Below, piece by piece: positions 1 through 10,360 of a DNA stretch of 64,000 nt. The notes under the pieces were generated by a model. That model ran no database searches and was not told the DNA's origin. It worked only from the letters and a program-made list of their open reading frames with translations. Every line of letters starts with the position of its first letter. Within the stretch, counting starts at the first letter, position 1. Origin of the DNA: an uncultured Bacteroidales bacterium (GTDB taxonomy: Bacteria > Bacteroidota > Bacteroidia > Bacteroidales > Tenuifilaceae); contig CALBBQ010000013.1 of assembly GCA_937926785.1 (NCBI GenBank), positions 3,209 to 67,208 on the forward strand, in the 5' to 3' direction. The position numbers were made by a program, and so were the translations under genes.

Positions 1-180
1 GAAAACCAATAGTAAGGGTTCACCTGTTTTGATAGCCATTGAAATGCCAAGCACAAGGGTGAAAAGACCGACCGCATCAAAAAAAATCTTGGTATAACGC
101 TCCGGTAGCCTATTCCCGATTAGTAACCCAATGAGACCTCCGAGGAGAACTGCACCTATGTTAGTAATTGTTCCAATCAC
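1..180 (-). CDS. DUF554 (YdfK-like) membrane protein, 5' part only; runs off the window start
   Basis: Not in the ORF track. The minus strand from GTG at 180 reads MIGTITNIGAVLLGGLIGLLIGNRLPERYTKIFFDAVGLFTLVLGISMAIKTGEPLLLVF, open to position 1. This matches the DUF554 N-terminus as I recall it. Confidence 0.8.
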   Translation of the reverse strand, partial: MIGTITNIGAVLLGGLIGLLIGNRLPERYTKIFFDAVGLFTLVLGISMAIKTGEPLLLVF

Positions 181-304
181 TTTATTATATATAGATATTG
201 AACTGCTAAAATAAGGCTGTTTTAGATAGGACGTCTAATTGTTAACAAAAAATTTAAATTGGAATTGATAAAGTTAGTATATTTGACATAGGAAAATTCA
301 AAAT

Positions 305-787
305 ATGCCTGTTCCCTCAAGTAACAAAATGAAGCTAAGCCTGATGAAGAAAGACGAAATTGTTGATTTCGTTGAGTTTAACATTACAGGTGATGCTGAA
401 AACTACAACCGATGCGATGAAGAATCGTTTTATCTGCAAACCAATGTATTTAACATCTTTGCCGGCTGCTTTGAACGCAGCCATCACCTGTTCGACTACA
501 TTTCGCCAACCATGTACAATGCCCGCAGGTTTATTCCACTTCGCAATGAACTGCTGGCCAACCTTGAAAAGTTACTGGTTATAAAGAATGTGGCACAATT
601 TCAGCAATACCTCAGTAGCGTTTTTCTGGGCAAGGATCTACTGGAAGTACTTAAACTCTCAGACCCTGAGTATGAGCGACACTGGCGAGGGTACATCCGA
701 CGACTCATTCAGGTTAACCGCCACCTCATGCGGCTGATTGACCTTTGCATAGATGAGGAGCGGGTTCTTTGGGTAATTCCTTACTAG
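305..787 (+). CDS. Hypothetical soluble protein, 160 aa
   Basis: The ORF fills the gap between DUF554 and pdxB and has a TATATTTG -7 element upstream (~278-285). No recognisable motif. Confidence 0.7.
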   Translation: MPVPSSNKMKLSLMKKDEIVDFVEFNITGDAENYNRCDEESFYLQTNVFNIFAGCFERSHHLFDYISPTMYNARRFIPLRNELLANLEKLLVIKNVAQFQQYLSSVFLGKDLLEVLKLSDPEYERHWRGYIRRLIQVNRHLMRLIDLCIDEERVLWVIPY

Positions 788-788
788 T

Positions 789-1880
789 TTACAAATCGAC
801 CTGAAACCCTAAAACTTGCAACAAGTTTGGATCTATCGTTTCAGCGTGTACTCTGAATCCTGAGAAATCACGCCGAAAAGCGTATGTGTTGCGGTATCCC
901 TCAAACGAACAGGTTTGATTTCGGATATCATCGGCATCAATATTGTAGGTCCTTTCAATTAAGCTTAGCAGTGAATTGGCTTCTTCAATGCGGATCTTAT
1001 TCTCCAGTGGATTAGGCGTTGGCCACCATGGATCGATTCCCAGCCCAAAGTGTTGACTAATAGAATCAACAACCATTTTGGTGGCCATCACTTTACCCTC
1101 GAGCGAGTAACCTGCTACATGTGGTGTGGCCACCAGTGTTCTCTTGGAAAGCTGACGGTTGTAGCTGGGTTCATTTTCCCAAACATCTATGGCAGCCTCA
1201 GCGTCGGGGTTTTGGTACAGAAATTCTAACAACGATATCTCATCTACCACTCCTCCACGGGAAGAGTTAATAACCAAAACCGTAGGTTTACAATGATGTA
1301 GATTTGAACTACCCAACATGTGATAGGTTGGGTACTTTCCGTTGAAAGTAATTGGAACATGGAATGTGATGATGTCGGAAACCCTAAGCAACTCATCAAA
1401 TCCAAGAAAGTCGGAAAGTCCTTCTGCCTTGGCACGAGGCGGATCGCAACACACCATATTCATGCCCAACGCTTTACCTAAGCTAACTACCCTGCTGCCA
1501 ACATTACCAACGCCAACAACGCCCAATGTTAGCCCTTGAGGCGATTTGCTTTTAGCTTTAAACCACTTAACCATTACGGCAGCAACCCACTGCTGCACGG
1601 CAGAAGCATTGCAACCAGGAGCATTCCGCCAAACAATTCCATGAGCATCACAATATTGCGTATCGATATGGTCAAAACCAATGGTAGCCGAGGCAATGAA
1701 CTCAACCTTTGAGCCTTTTAGCAACATTTCGTTACACTGGGTTCGGGTTCGAACGATTAAGGCATTGGCGTCTCTAACGCTTTTACCATCAATAGCATCC
1801 CCGGGCAAGTATTTAACCTCAAAGTAAGGCTCAAAAACTCCCCGGATATATGGAATATGTTCATCAACAACCAATTTCAT
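789..1880 (-). CDS. pdxB: 4-phosphoerythronate dehydrogenase
   Basis: MKLVVDEHIPY start, LIVRTRT, ATIGFDHID, Rossmann GVVGVGNVG, INSSRGGVVDE, DVWENEP, TPHVAGYSLEGK. Confidence 0.93.
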   Translation of the reverse strand: MKLVVDEHIPYIRGVFEPYFEVKYLPGDAIDGKSVRDANALIVRTRTQCNEMLLKGSKVEFIASATIGFDHIDTQYCDAHGIVWRNAPGCNASAVQQWVAAVMVKWFKAKSKSPQGLTLGVVGVGNVGSRVVSLGKALGMNMVCCDPPRAKAEGLSDFLGFDELLRVSDIITFHVPITFNGKYPTYHMLGSSNLHHCKPTVLVINSSRGGVVDEISLLEFLYQNPDAEAAIDVWENEPSYNRQLSKRTLVATPHVAGYSLEGKVMATKMVVDSISQHFGLGIDPWWPTPNPLENKIRIEEANSLLSLIERTYNIDADDIRNQTCSFEGYRNTYAFRRDFSGFRVHAETIDPNLLQVLGFQVDL

Positions 1881-1982
1881 GGTTCTAATTTATCACAAAG
1901 ATACCAGTTAAGTAGAAGTCATCAATATTTTTCGTTGTAAAGCCACCTAAAATCAATTAACTTTACACAAAATTTTACCTTT

Positions 1983-2429
1983 ATGATTGTAGCACCCTTG
2001 TCGGAGTTTGGAACCTACATCAAGCTGAATCCACTATTTGAGAAGGTTGAGCAAGCACTGATTACGCTAGATTTTAGCAAGCCCGGTGAAAAGATATACA
2101 TAGAAGGAGAAAATCTGATAGCATTACCATCTTTCAATAAAGCCCGATCTGCAAACGAAGCACCTCTGGAATCCCATGACAAGTATATCGATATCCAAAT
2201 TTGTCTGCAGGGCGAGGAAACAATTGGTTGGCGCAACCGGGAAAGCTGCACGGCCATTAAAGCCCCCTACAACCCCATCAACGACATTACGTTTTATGAC
2301 GATGAACCCGCTTTTTACATCACCCTAAAGCCCAATCAATTTGCAATATTTTATCCGGATGATTGCCACGCACCACTAATTGGCAACGGGTTCATTAAAA
2401 AGGTGGTCTTCAAAGTCAGAATATTTTAG
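1983..2429 (+). CDS. YhcH/YjgK/YiaL (DUF386) family protein
   Basis: LESHDKYIDIQICLQGEETIGW, FAIFYPDDCHAP and KKVVFKV motifs. Confidence 0.88.
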   Translation: MIVAPLSEFGTYIKLNPLFEKVEQALITLDFSKPGEKIYIEGENLIALPSFNKARSANEAPLESHDKYIDIQICLQGEETIGWRNRESCTAIKAPYNPINDITFYDDEPAFYITLKPNQFAIFYPDDCHAPLIGNGFIKKVVFKVRIF

Positions 2430-2486
2430 CTGTAGCATGATATTTGCAACAAATTGATTACCAAACCTCATCAAACCAACCAACCT

Positions 2487-3788
2487 ATGAAACGCCAGTT
2501 CCTGCGAGTATTTTTACTACCTTCACTAGTTTTGGTTAGTGCATGTGCAACAATACTTAACACCACCAAGCAGAAAGTAGAATTAACCTCAAACCCAAGT
2601 GGAGCTGAGGTTTTCATTAATGGCAAGAGCACCAATAAAACCACACCCTGCTCAGTATGGATTGACCGTAAAGTAAAAAAGGGCCCCTACAACAGCCGAA
2701 ACCAATACATTTACGAATTTAGGAAGGAAGGATTTGTCCCCTACACCTATACCGATAAGGCTGATGTAAGCAGCAAGATTTACCTAAACCTTTTTTTAAA
2801 TGTTGCTGCAATACCAGCTTTTGGGATTGACTTTATATCGGGTGGCGCTTACTACTACGATAACGAGGTTCTTGCCCAGCTTCAGAAGGAAACGGGTGGT
2901 TATGTGGTTATTCGCGACACCGTGGTTAAGCAGGTGTACGTTACAGCGCCCGAAGTAAAAGGTTATATGTTTGAACGACTTTCCGATGTTGATGTAGAAA
3001 TCCCTGATAACAACCTGGAACATCCTTACCGTTTTGCACTAATAATCGGCAACGAGGACTACAGCAGTAAGCAAGTTGATTTGAACAAAGAGGTTAACGT
3101 TGATTTTGCCCGCAACGACGCCAGCGCATTTAAAGAGTATGCCATAAAAGTGCTAGGAGTACCGGAAAGCAACATCACATTTTTGCTTGATGCAACTACC
3201 GGCCAGATGAATCAGTCCATTTCCAAAATGAACTTGCTGATAAAGAATGCCAAAGGCAAAGCCGAGGTGATTGTTTACTACGCAGGCCATGGACTACCCG
3301 ATGAGGTGACCCGTGAACCCTACCTTATTCCTGTTGATATCAGTGGGCAAAATGCTCGCGACGGCATTAAGCTAAACGACCTTTACGCCAGGCTCACCGA
3401 ATACCCTGCAAAGCGGGTTGTGGTTTTTCTGGATGCATGTTTCTCGGGTGGCGCACGAAACAAAGCCTTAATTGCTGCCCGTGGAGTAAAGGTTAAGCCT
3501 ACCGAGGCGCTGTTGCAAGGAAACATAGCCACTCTGGCTGCCGCATCGGGGGAACAAACCGCACTGCCATTTAAGGACAAGCATCACGGATTTTTCACTT
3601 ACTATTTACTGAAAAAACTAAAGGAAACTAAGGGGAACATTACCTTTAAAGAGCTTAGCTCATATATGGACGAAATTGTTCCACTACAATCGGTTTTGCT
3701 TAACAACAAAGAGCAAACCCCAACCCTACGAATTGGAATAAATCCAACCGAAGATTTAGAGAATTGGGTGCTCAAAGAATCAAACTAA
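2487..3788 (+). CDS. Lipoprotein with N-terminal PEGA-like domain and C-terminal caspase-like (peptidase C14) domain
   Basis: ATG at 2487 (track starts at TTG 2454). Lipobox LVSAC, PEGA-like SNPSGAEVFING, FALIIGNEDY, catalytic YYAGHG and FLDACFSG. Confidence 0.85.
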   Translation: MKRQFLRVFLLPSLVLVSACATILNTTKQKVELTSNPSGAEVFINGKSTNKTTPCSVWIDRKVKKGPYNSRNQYIYEFRKEGFVPYTYTDKADVSSKIYLNLFLNVAAIPAFGIDFISGGAYYYDNEVLAQLQKETGGYVVIRDTVVKQVYVTAPEVKGYMFERLSDVDVEIPDNNLEHPYRFALIIGNEDYSSKQVDLNKEVNVDFARNDASAFKEYAIKVLGVPESNITFLLDATTGQMNQSISKMNLLIKNAKGKAEVIVYYAGHGLPDEVTREPYLIPVDISGQNARDGIKLNDLYARLTEYPAKRVVVFLDACFSGGARNKALIAARGVKVKPTEALLQGNIATLAAASGEQTALPFKDKHHGFFTYYLLKKLKETKGNITFKELSSYMDEIVPLQSVLLNNKEQTPTLRIGINPTEDLENWVLKESN

Positions 3789-3806
3789 AGTGGCATATTA
3801 TTTGTT

Positions 3807-3834
3807 AAAAGCTAGGCGACATGCCTGGCTTTTT
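3807..3834 (+). terminator. Rho-independent terminator after the caspase gene
   Basis: AAAAGCTAGGC-GACAT-GCCTGGCTTTT hairpin followed by a T-rich tract. Confidence 0.65.
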
Positions 3835-3845
3835 ATTTTCACCCT

Positions 3846-6173
3846 ATGAAAATCAAGACCAACGTAACAATCTTACTTCTGATGTCCTGCTTAAATCTGA
3901 GCGCTCAGGTTAAGTTCAGTGTAAGCGGCTATGTTAAAGATGCACAAACCGGCGAAGCCCTTATTGGCGCAACAATTATAGTGAAGGAATTAAACACTGG
4001 CGCGGCAACCAATAGCTATGGGTACTACAGCCTCTCGCTGCCCAAAGGCGAATATGCTATTGCAGCGGCTTACTTAGGTTACCAAACCGAAACCAAGCCA
4101 ATTCAAGTTGTCAAAGATATCCGGTTAGACCTCGAGTTGAAACCGAATACACAGGAAATACAAGAAGTAGTGGTAAGCCGCGAACGAGGCAATAGTAACG
4201 TTCAGCGTGCCGAGATGAGCCTGATAAAGCTGGAGATGAAAAACATCAAACAGATTCCGGCGCTCATGGGCGAAGTTGATGTAATAAAAGCCATACAGCT
4301 ACTTCCTGGAGTTCAGAGCACAGCCGAGGGTAGCTCAGGATTTAGTGTCAGGGGGGGAGCTGCAGACCAGAATCTTATTTTACTCGATGAAGCCACAGTT
4401 TACAACGCCTCGCACCTAATGGGATTTTTCTCGGTTTTCAATAACGATGCGATAAAGGATATTAAGCTGTATAAAGGAGACATGCCAGCCTCGTTTGGAG
4501 GAAGACTTTCGTCGGTACTCGATATTCGAATGAAAGAGGGCAATAGCAAGAACTTTAATGTTACCGGTGGAATTGGAAGCATATCGAGCAGGCTGACCAT
4601 TGAGGGTCCTGTGGCTAAGGATAAATGCTCATTCATGGTTGCCGGCCGCAGAACATATGTCGACGTATTCTTCCCCCTCTTCAACAACGATGATTTGAAA
4701 GGAAGTACACTCTACTTCTACGATTTAAACGCTAAGCTGAACTTAACCATCAACCCAAACAACAGAATTTTTGCTTCAGGCTACTTTGGACGCGACATGT
4801 TCGGGCGCGATATCAATGGTTTTGGATTTGGAAACAGAACTTTGACCGCTCGCTGGAATCATATCTTTAGACATAACCTGTTCATGAACACCACCATAAT
4901 TAACAGCAACTATGCTTACTTTCTGGAGTCGAACACCAATGATGCCAACGCAATCAGGTGGGAATCGAATATGGACGAGCTGAATGTTAAGGTGGACTTC
5001 AACTATGCTTATGGGCCTAAGTACCAGCTGAAATTCGGCACTTCAAGTGCTCACTTAACATTTATGCCTGGACTTATAAAAGGCACAAGCTCCGAATCGT
5101 TTATTCAACGGTGGGAGATACCAAAACAATACGCACTTGAGCACGGTGCCTACATCTCAAATGAATTTGACTTTGGCAGACTATCGCTTAAAGCTGGAAT
5201 CAGGGTATCGGCATTTCAGAACATGGGCAAAGGGCAAAGCCTGGTTCTAACGCCTGACTACAAGGTGGTTGATAGAATCAATCATGCAAAGGGCGAAATA
5301 TACAATACGTACATTAATCCCGAGCCCCGATTAGGCTTGGTATTCAGGCTGAACGACAGCAGTTCGATTAAGGCCAGCTACTCACACACCACCCAGTATA
5401 TCCAACAGGCCTCAAACTCTCAAGGTGGAAACCCGCTTGATGTATGGTTTCCGGCTTCGCCGAACATCAAACCACAACAAGCCGACCAGTGGGCTGTTGG
5501 GTACTTTCGTAACTTCATGAATAACCAGATTGAAGCCTCTGCTGAAGTTTACTATAAAAACGTGAAAAACTTTGTTGATTTCAAAGACTTTGCCGATATA
5601 CTGCTGAACGATGAGCTGGAGGCCGATATCCGCCAAGGCAGAGCTTATTCCTACGGATTAGAACTGTTTACCCGAATCGGCCTAAGCAAATGGGATGGTT
5701 GGCTAAGCTATACCTACGGACGAACCCTTCGGAAAACCCCAGGCGTTAACATGGGGCGAACCTACAGCGCAACCTACGATAAGCCCCACAATGCCACCAT
5801 CGTGCTCAGTTACCGTGTAAACAAGCGGGTAACCGTATCGGCAAACTGGATATACTCTACCGGCCAAACCTACACCCAACCAACGGGCAGGTATGAAATT
5901 GATAATGTTACCATTCCCATATACTCCGACAGAAATGCTAAACGCTACCCCGATTACCACCGACTTGATGTTGCGGTAAACATTCAAACCAAAAAGAGCC
6001 TCAGCCGGCGGTGGCAAAGCGAATGGAATATATCAATTTATAACCTATACAACCGGCACAATGCTTGGGCTATAAACTTTTTACAGGATAAAGATAACCC
6101 CAACCTAACCTACGCCGAGAAGACATACCTCTTCCCGGCTATTCCATCGGTAACCTACAATTTTAAGTTCTAA
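3846..6173 (+). CDS. TonB-dependent receptor with N-terminal carboxypeptidase-regulatory-like domain
   Basis: Signal peptide, SGYVKDAQTGEALIGATI, plug motif QLLPGV..GFSVRGG..DQNLILLD, YHRLD and a C-terminal Phe (YNFKF). Confidence 0.92.
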   Translation: MKIKTNVTILLLMSCLNLSAQVKFSVSGYVKDAQTGEALIGATIIVKELNTGAATNSYGYYSLSLPKGEYAIAAAYLGYQTETKPIQVVKDIRLDLELKPNTQEIQEVVVSRERGNSNVQRAEMSLIKLEMKNIKQIPALMGEVDVIKAIQLLPGVQSTAEGSSGFSVRGGAADQNLILLDEATVYNASHLMGFFSVFNNDAIKDIKLYKGDMPASFGGRLSSVLDIRMKEGNSKNFNVTGGIGSISSRLTIEGPVAKDKCSFMVAGRRTYVDVFFPLFNNDDLKGSTLYFYDLNAKLNLTINPNNRIFASGYFGRDMFGRDINGFGFGNRTLTARWNHIFRHNLFMNTTIINSNYAYFLESNTNDANAIRWESNMDELNVKVDFNYAYGPKYQLKFGTSSAHLTFMPGLIKGTSSESFIQRWEIPKQYALEHGAYISNEFDFGRLSLKAGIRVSAFQNMGKGQSLVLTPDYKVVDRINHAKGEIYNTYINPEPRLGLVFRLNDSSSIKASYSHTTQYIQQASNSQGGNPLDVWFPASPNIKPQQADQWAVGYFRNFMNNQIEASAEVYYKNVKNFVDFKDFADILLNDELEADIRQGRAYSYGLELFTRIGLSKWDGWLSYTYGRTLRKTPGVNMGRTYSATYDKPHNATIVLSYRVNKRVTVSANWIYSTGQTYTQPTGRYEIDNVTIPIYSDRNAKRYPDYHRLDVAVNIQTKKSLSRRWQSEWNISIYNLYNRHNAWAINFLQDKDNPNLTYAEKTYLFPAIPSVTYNFKF

Positions 6174-6175
6174 CT

Positions 6176-7048
6176 ATGAAAAGAAATCTCCTATACCTTG
6201 TAATTCCAGCCGTTCTAATAGCTTCATGTACCGAAAGGATGGATATTGAACTTGAGAGTTCTGACACCAAACTTATTGTTTATGGAAGCATAACTACCGA
6301 TACCATGAGCCATTGCATCAGGCTAACCCAGTCGGTTCCGTTTTACAGCAATACACCCCCGCAACCTGTAAAAAACGCAACTGTTTACATCTTGGAGGGA
6401 AACAATCGCCTTGAGCTTACCGAAAGTGTGAATAACCCGGGTTGCTACTACACTAGTAACGATGTGTTCGGGAAATCGGCTCAAACCTATGAACTACACA
6501 TTGAGAATGTAGATATAGGCGGCAAAACCGAATTTGTGGCCAAAACTCAGATGCCTGAGCTAATTGAAGGGTATCAGACCAACTACCTGGATTCCATAAA
6601 TGTAACCTTTAACAAAAACTGGAATGGCTGGGTGGTTAACGGTTGGGCAAAAGAGCCACAAAACATGCGAAACTACTACATGTTTAGAGTGAAAATAAAT
6701 GACGTGCTGTACAGCGATAGTTTAAGTAACCTGGTTCTGGTCGACGATAAATTTTTCAACGGAAACAATACTGCAGGTGCAGCCTTTTACTTCATACCTG
6801 AAAGGGATACGCTTAAGGTGGGTTATATGGTAACGCTTGAATTGTGCGCCATACCCGTAGATTACTTTCTATATTTAAGAGAAGCCTTGCAAGCATCACG
6901 GCCTCAGTTCCCCTTGTTCAGCCCACCTCCTGCCAATCCTCGCAGCAACATCAGCAACGGAGGGTTAGGTTATTTTAGTGCATACGCCATCATAAGGGCA
7001 TCGTATGTGATGAAAGAGAAAGACTTCGTTAATGTTCCAAAGCCCTAG
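6176..7048 (+). CDS. DUF4249-family outer-membrane lipoprotein, partner of the TonB receptor
   Basis: Lipobox LIASC, then TERMDIEL..KLIVYGSIT and C-terminal NPRSNISNGGLGYFSA. Starts 2 bp after the receptor stop. Confidence 0.8.
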   Translation: MKRNLLYLVIPAVLIASCTERMDIELESSDTKLIVYGSITTDTMSHCIRLTQSVPFYSNTPPQPVKNATVYILEGNNRLELTESVNNPGCYYTSNDVFGKSAQTYELHIENVDIGGKTEFVAKTQMPELIEGYQTNYLDSINVTFNKNWNGWVVNGWAKEPQNMRNYYMFRVKINDVLYSDSLSNLVLVDDKFFNGNNTAGAAFYFIPERDTLKVGYMVTLELCAIPVDYFLYLREALQASRPQFPLFSPPPANPRSNISNGGLGYFSAYAIIRASYVMKEKDFVNVPKP

Positions 7049-10000
7049 GTGGGCAAGTATCGGGCGATACGTGCAGCCAGCTTGCGGAACCTGAACCGCT
7101 CCACAAATCGGTTAACCACTCTGAACATATCACTCCAAAGGGTAAGATAGAAAACCATGGCCATAAGCCATACGGCCATGAGGTTGAACCAGAAGGTTGG
7201 AATAACTAAATTTCCTACTATTTTATAGTACGAGTATAAGTGAGCCCGACCATTCCGAGAGGTTGGAAAGGCATAAATGGGTTCATAGTGTCGCACCAAA
7301 CGATTCTCAACCTCAATAATCTTGATGAAATCGTTACGATTTGTAACGATAGCCTCCAGTGCTTTATTGTGATGTTTGCGGCTCAGCTCAAAAAGCGATG
7401 TTTTTCCATCAAGCCTTGCTTCGAGCTCTTTCACCAGCTTATCGCGCTGCTCAACCCCCTGGCGATATTTGGCGTTAAAGTGAGTTTTTAGCGTATCGAG
7501 CTTACCTAAGGTTAAATCGATGTAACCAGCCGTAACCCTGTTAATTGATAGAAGGGCAGTATCAGGGTAGCAAAACCCATTTATGGGATTGTCGTTTTTC
7601 AACTTCTCAATTTCGTTCTTGGCAATGCTCAAACGCTGAATAGTTCGGGGAGTGTGTTTCCCAACAACCAAATCGGCTTTAGCCTCACTAATTAACGAAG
7701 TTAGCTTTGGAATCAGCAACGTTGCATAATAGCTGTTGTTGCTAATGTTCATGTTTGTAAAAAAGAAGCTCTTGTTGTAAGTATTTTGGCTAAATTGCTG
7801 AACGCAAAGGGCTTCGTATGGCCAACGACTCAGCATCACATCACCAATTACGGGCACATACTCAGGATGAGTAAGGCTTTTGTGTAGCTTATTGTAGCTT
7901 ATTACCACACCACTGAACATGAGCTGGGGGACCAGAATAAGCGGAATCATCACATATATGGACACAACCGAATTGAGTGCGGCCGACAGATTCAACCCAA
8001 TCATGTTTGAGCAGAACGATGTAGAAAACAGAATTATCCAGTAGTACCAGAACATCCCATGGATTTCCAGAATATGGGTTGATATTATAACGAAAAGCAG
8101 CGACTGGATTGCAGAAAAAATGGAAAGCACAACCAGCTTTGAATTGATATAACTGAAGTAGCTGAGGTTGAGAAACTTTTCGCGGAACAGGACCTTACGG
8201 TCGCTAATAATCTCCTCGGCACTGATTGTGAGCCCTAAAAAAATCATGGCAACTACGCTCATGAAGATAAAGCTCGGAATATTATCGTTTTCACTGAAAA
8301 TGTAGGCACTGGGATTGGTGAGCGTACCATGTATGTATTTTGAAAAGAAGCTGATGATAACGGCAAGCAAAGGCGAAGCCAAAATGCTCAGGTTCATAAA
8401 CTGGGAGTTGGCAAACTTACTCCTCAAATTACGCCTAAAGTAAATCCACATCTGCTTTCGTTTCGATGGGATTTTGAAGTTGTTTGCAGGGAGTGGCGAT
8501 GGGCAGGTTGGTTCAATCACCTGAATCTTACTCTGTATGTTCTGCAGGTAAAGCTCATACCATTCCCGGGCAGAGCGCTTTCGCTTACGGGTTAACCTAC
8601 CGTACTCGTTAACCACCCTGGCCTCAACAATCCTTAGAATGATATCGGTATTAACATTACCACAGGTAATACACTCGCTCTCATCGGGTTTAAGGAAGTT
8701 TGCCATACGTTTAAAGTAAACCACCGCATCCATAGGGTTACCTTGGAAAATTGGCCTACCTCCATGGTCGAGAACTATTATCTTGTCAAAAATTTTAAAG
8801 ATATCGGACGATGGCTGGTGAATATTGGTGATTACCAATTTCCCTTTGAAGGTCTGCTTGCGTAGCAAAAGCATGATGCGCTCGGCATCGAGCGAGGATA
8901 GTCCCGATGTGGGCTCATCGACAAATAGGACCGACGGCTCACGCATGAGCTCCATGGCAATGTTTAGCCGTTTCCGCTGCCCGCCGCTGATATACTTATT
9001 AAGCGGATTTCCCACTTTTAGGTCTCGGGCCTCAACCAAGTCGAACTCCATCAGAGTCTTATCCACCAGCTCTACAATTTCCTTCTTGCCCAGGTGGTTG
9101 AAGCAGAAAAGGGCATTATAGTAAAGGTTCTGAAAAACGGTGAGCTCCTCTACCAGTAAATCATCCTGCGGCACATAACCAATTACACCTTCAAGTTCAG
9201 GTTTGTTCTTGTGAAGGTTGTAGCCATTGATGTACACCCTACCCGAAGCTGGGGTCAGGTTCCCATTGAGCAGGTTGATCAGGGTCGACTTTCCGACTCC
9301 ACTACCTCCCATTATTCCTATTAGCTGCCCGGAGTAGGCGGAAAACGAGAAGGGATATATACCGTTTCGGCTCCCTTTATGCTTGTATTCAATATCCTTG
9401 GCAACTAACGAAACAAATGGTTTACCGGGTAGCTGTATGAAAACAGAAACAACCTTACTGTAGTATACTGGCGACATTCGCGGCCCACGAATTACGGCCC
9501 CGGGTCCAAAAAGATAGGTTCTGCCGGGTTTAATTACTCGGCTATTCATAAATAGCTCATTATCGCCAAAATACTTTATTAGTAGGGTATTGGTGCTGGC
9601 AATGCGAAGTACATAAATCTGCCCTTGAAGCTTTTCGTTTACCAGGTGCTTAACCTCTGGAATTGGATTATCTTTATCGGGACTTATAAGTAAAACCTGC
9701 TGGTTCCATGGAATTTGGCCCGGATTCTCGCTTAGGATGAAATCGCGCCCATTGGAAAATTCAAAATCGCTTATATTAAACTGATTGGCTACTCTACGGG
9801 CAAACTCCAGCCGATCAGGAGTTGTAAGTTTACTATCGGCAAGAAACTCAAGTAGTTGCAGCACCAACCAAACCTTTTGGTGTTGTTCAAACTCATGATT
9901 TATCGAATCAATAATGGCATGAACCATCGGCGAATCGGAATACCTATCGAGAGTTACGTCTTCGAGCACCCTACGGTAGCTAACACCGAAGTTGGTAAAC

Positions 10001-10152
10001 CGGCCGATAAAAACCTTGGCTTGTTCATCGCTAAAGTCGTGATGCAGGTAATCGTCCAGCACCTCGATGGCAAAACCACTATCGGAATTGCTATCGATGT
10101 TGACTAAAACGGCAAAAAGCTTTATAAGCGCATCGAGCAGCGACTCGCTCAT
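7045..10152 (-). CDS. ABCG/White-type ABC transporter (NBD before TMD) with TerB-like and FHA-like N-terminal domains
   Basis: Walker A GGSGVGKS, signature ISGGQRKR, Walker B VLFVDEPTSG, TNIHQPS and an ABC2-type multi-TM C-half. Promoter TATCTTTG on the minus strand ~10170-10177. Confidence 0.88.
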   Translation of the reverse strand: MSESLLDALIKLFAVLVNIDSNSDSGFAIEVLDDYLHHDFSDEQAKVFIGRFTNFGVSYRRVLEDVTLDRYSDSPMVHAIIDSINHEFEQHQKVWLVLQLLEFLADSKLTTPDRLEFARRVANQFNISDFEFSNGRDFILSENPGQIPWNQQVLLISPDKDNPIPEVKHLVNEKLQGQIYVLRIASTNTLLIKYFGDNELFMNSRVIKPGRTYLFGPGAVIRGPRMSPVYYSKVVSVFIQLPGKPFVSLVAKDIEYKHKGSRNGIYPFSFSAYSGQLIGIMGGSGVGKSTLINLLNGNLTPASGRVYINGYNLHKNKPELEGVIGYVPQDDLLVEELTVFQNLYYNALFCFNHLGKKEIVELVDKTLMEFDLVEARDLKVGNPLNKYISGGQRKRLNIAMELMREPSVLFVDEPTSGLSSLDAERIMLLLRKQTFKGKLVITNIHQPSSDIFKIFDKIIVLDHGGRPIFQGNPMDAVVYFKRMANFLKPDESECITCGNVNTDIILRIVEARVVNEYGRLTRKRKRSAREWYELYLQNIQSKIQVIEPTCPSPLPANNFKIPSKRKQMWIYFRRNLRSKFANSQFMNLSILASPLLAVIISFFSKYIHGTLTNPSAYIFSENDNIPSFIFMSVVAMIFLGLTISAEEIISDRKVLFREKFLNLSYFSYINSKLVVLSIFSAIQSLLFVIISTHILEIHGMFWYYWIILFSTSFCSNMIGLNLSAALNSVVSIYVMIPLILVPQLMFSGVVISYNKLHKSLTHPEYVPVIGDVMLSRWPYEALCVQQFSQNTYNKSFFFTNMNISNNSYYATLLIPKLTSLISEAKADLVVGKHTPRTIQRLSIAKNEIEKLKNDNPINGFCYPDTALLSINRVTAGYIDLTLGKLDTLKTHFNAKYRQGVEQRDKLVKELEARLDGKTSLFELSRKHHNKALEAIVTNRNDFIKIIEVENRLVRHYEPIYAFPTSRNGRAHLYSYYKIVGNLVIPTFWFNLMAVWLMAMVFYLTLWSDMFRVVNRFVERFRFRKLAARIARYLPT

Positions 10153-10360
10153 GGTGACCTTTTTGGTTAAGCAAAGATATACTTTTTAGTACATTTAGTG
10201 ACGTTTTTCAGCAGTTGTAAATTTTATATCACCTATTTTTTTATAATCAGAATAGAAAGGTTCCGTGCCTAAGCCATACCCTGATCATGCTCTTAAAAAA
10301 TGATAAATGTGATAGCAGGTTAAGATTTTAGTTACTCCGGGATGGGCAAAATAGGGTTGC

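Noticed and set aside
2487-3788. Caspase as part of an anti-phage or cell-death system
   Set aside because: No gasdermin, CARD, NLR/STAND, TIR or CRISPR partner nearby, and the protein is an exported lipoprotein.
3846-7048. SusC/SusD polysaccharide utilisation locus
   Set aside because: The partner lipoprotein is DUF4249-type, not SusD-like, and there are no CAZymes or PUL regulator.
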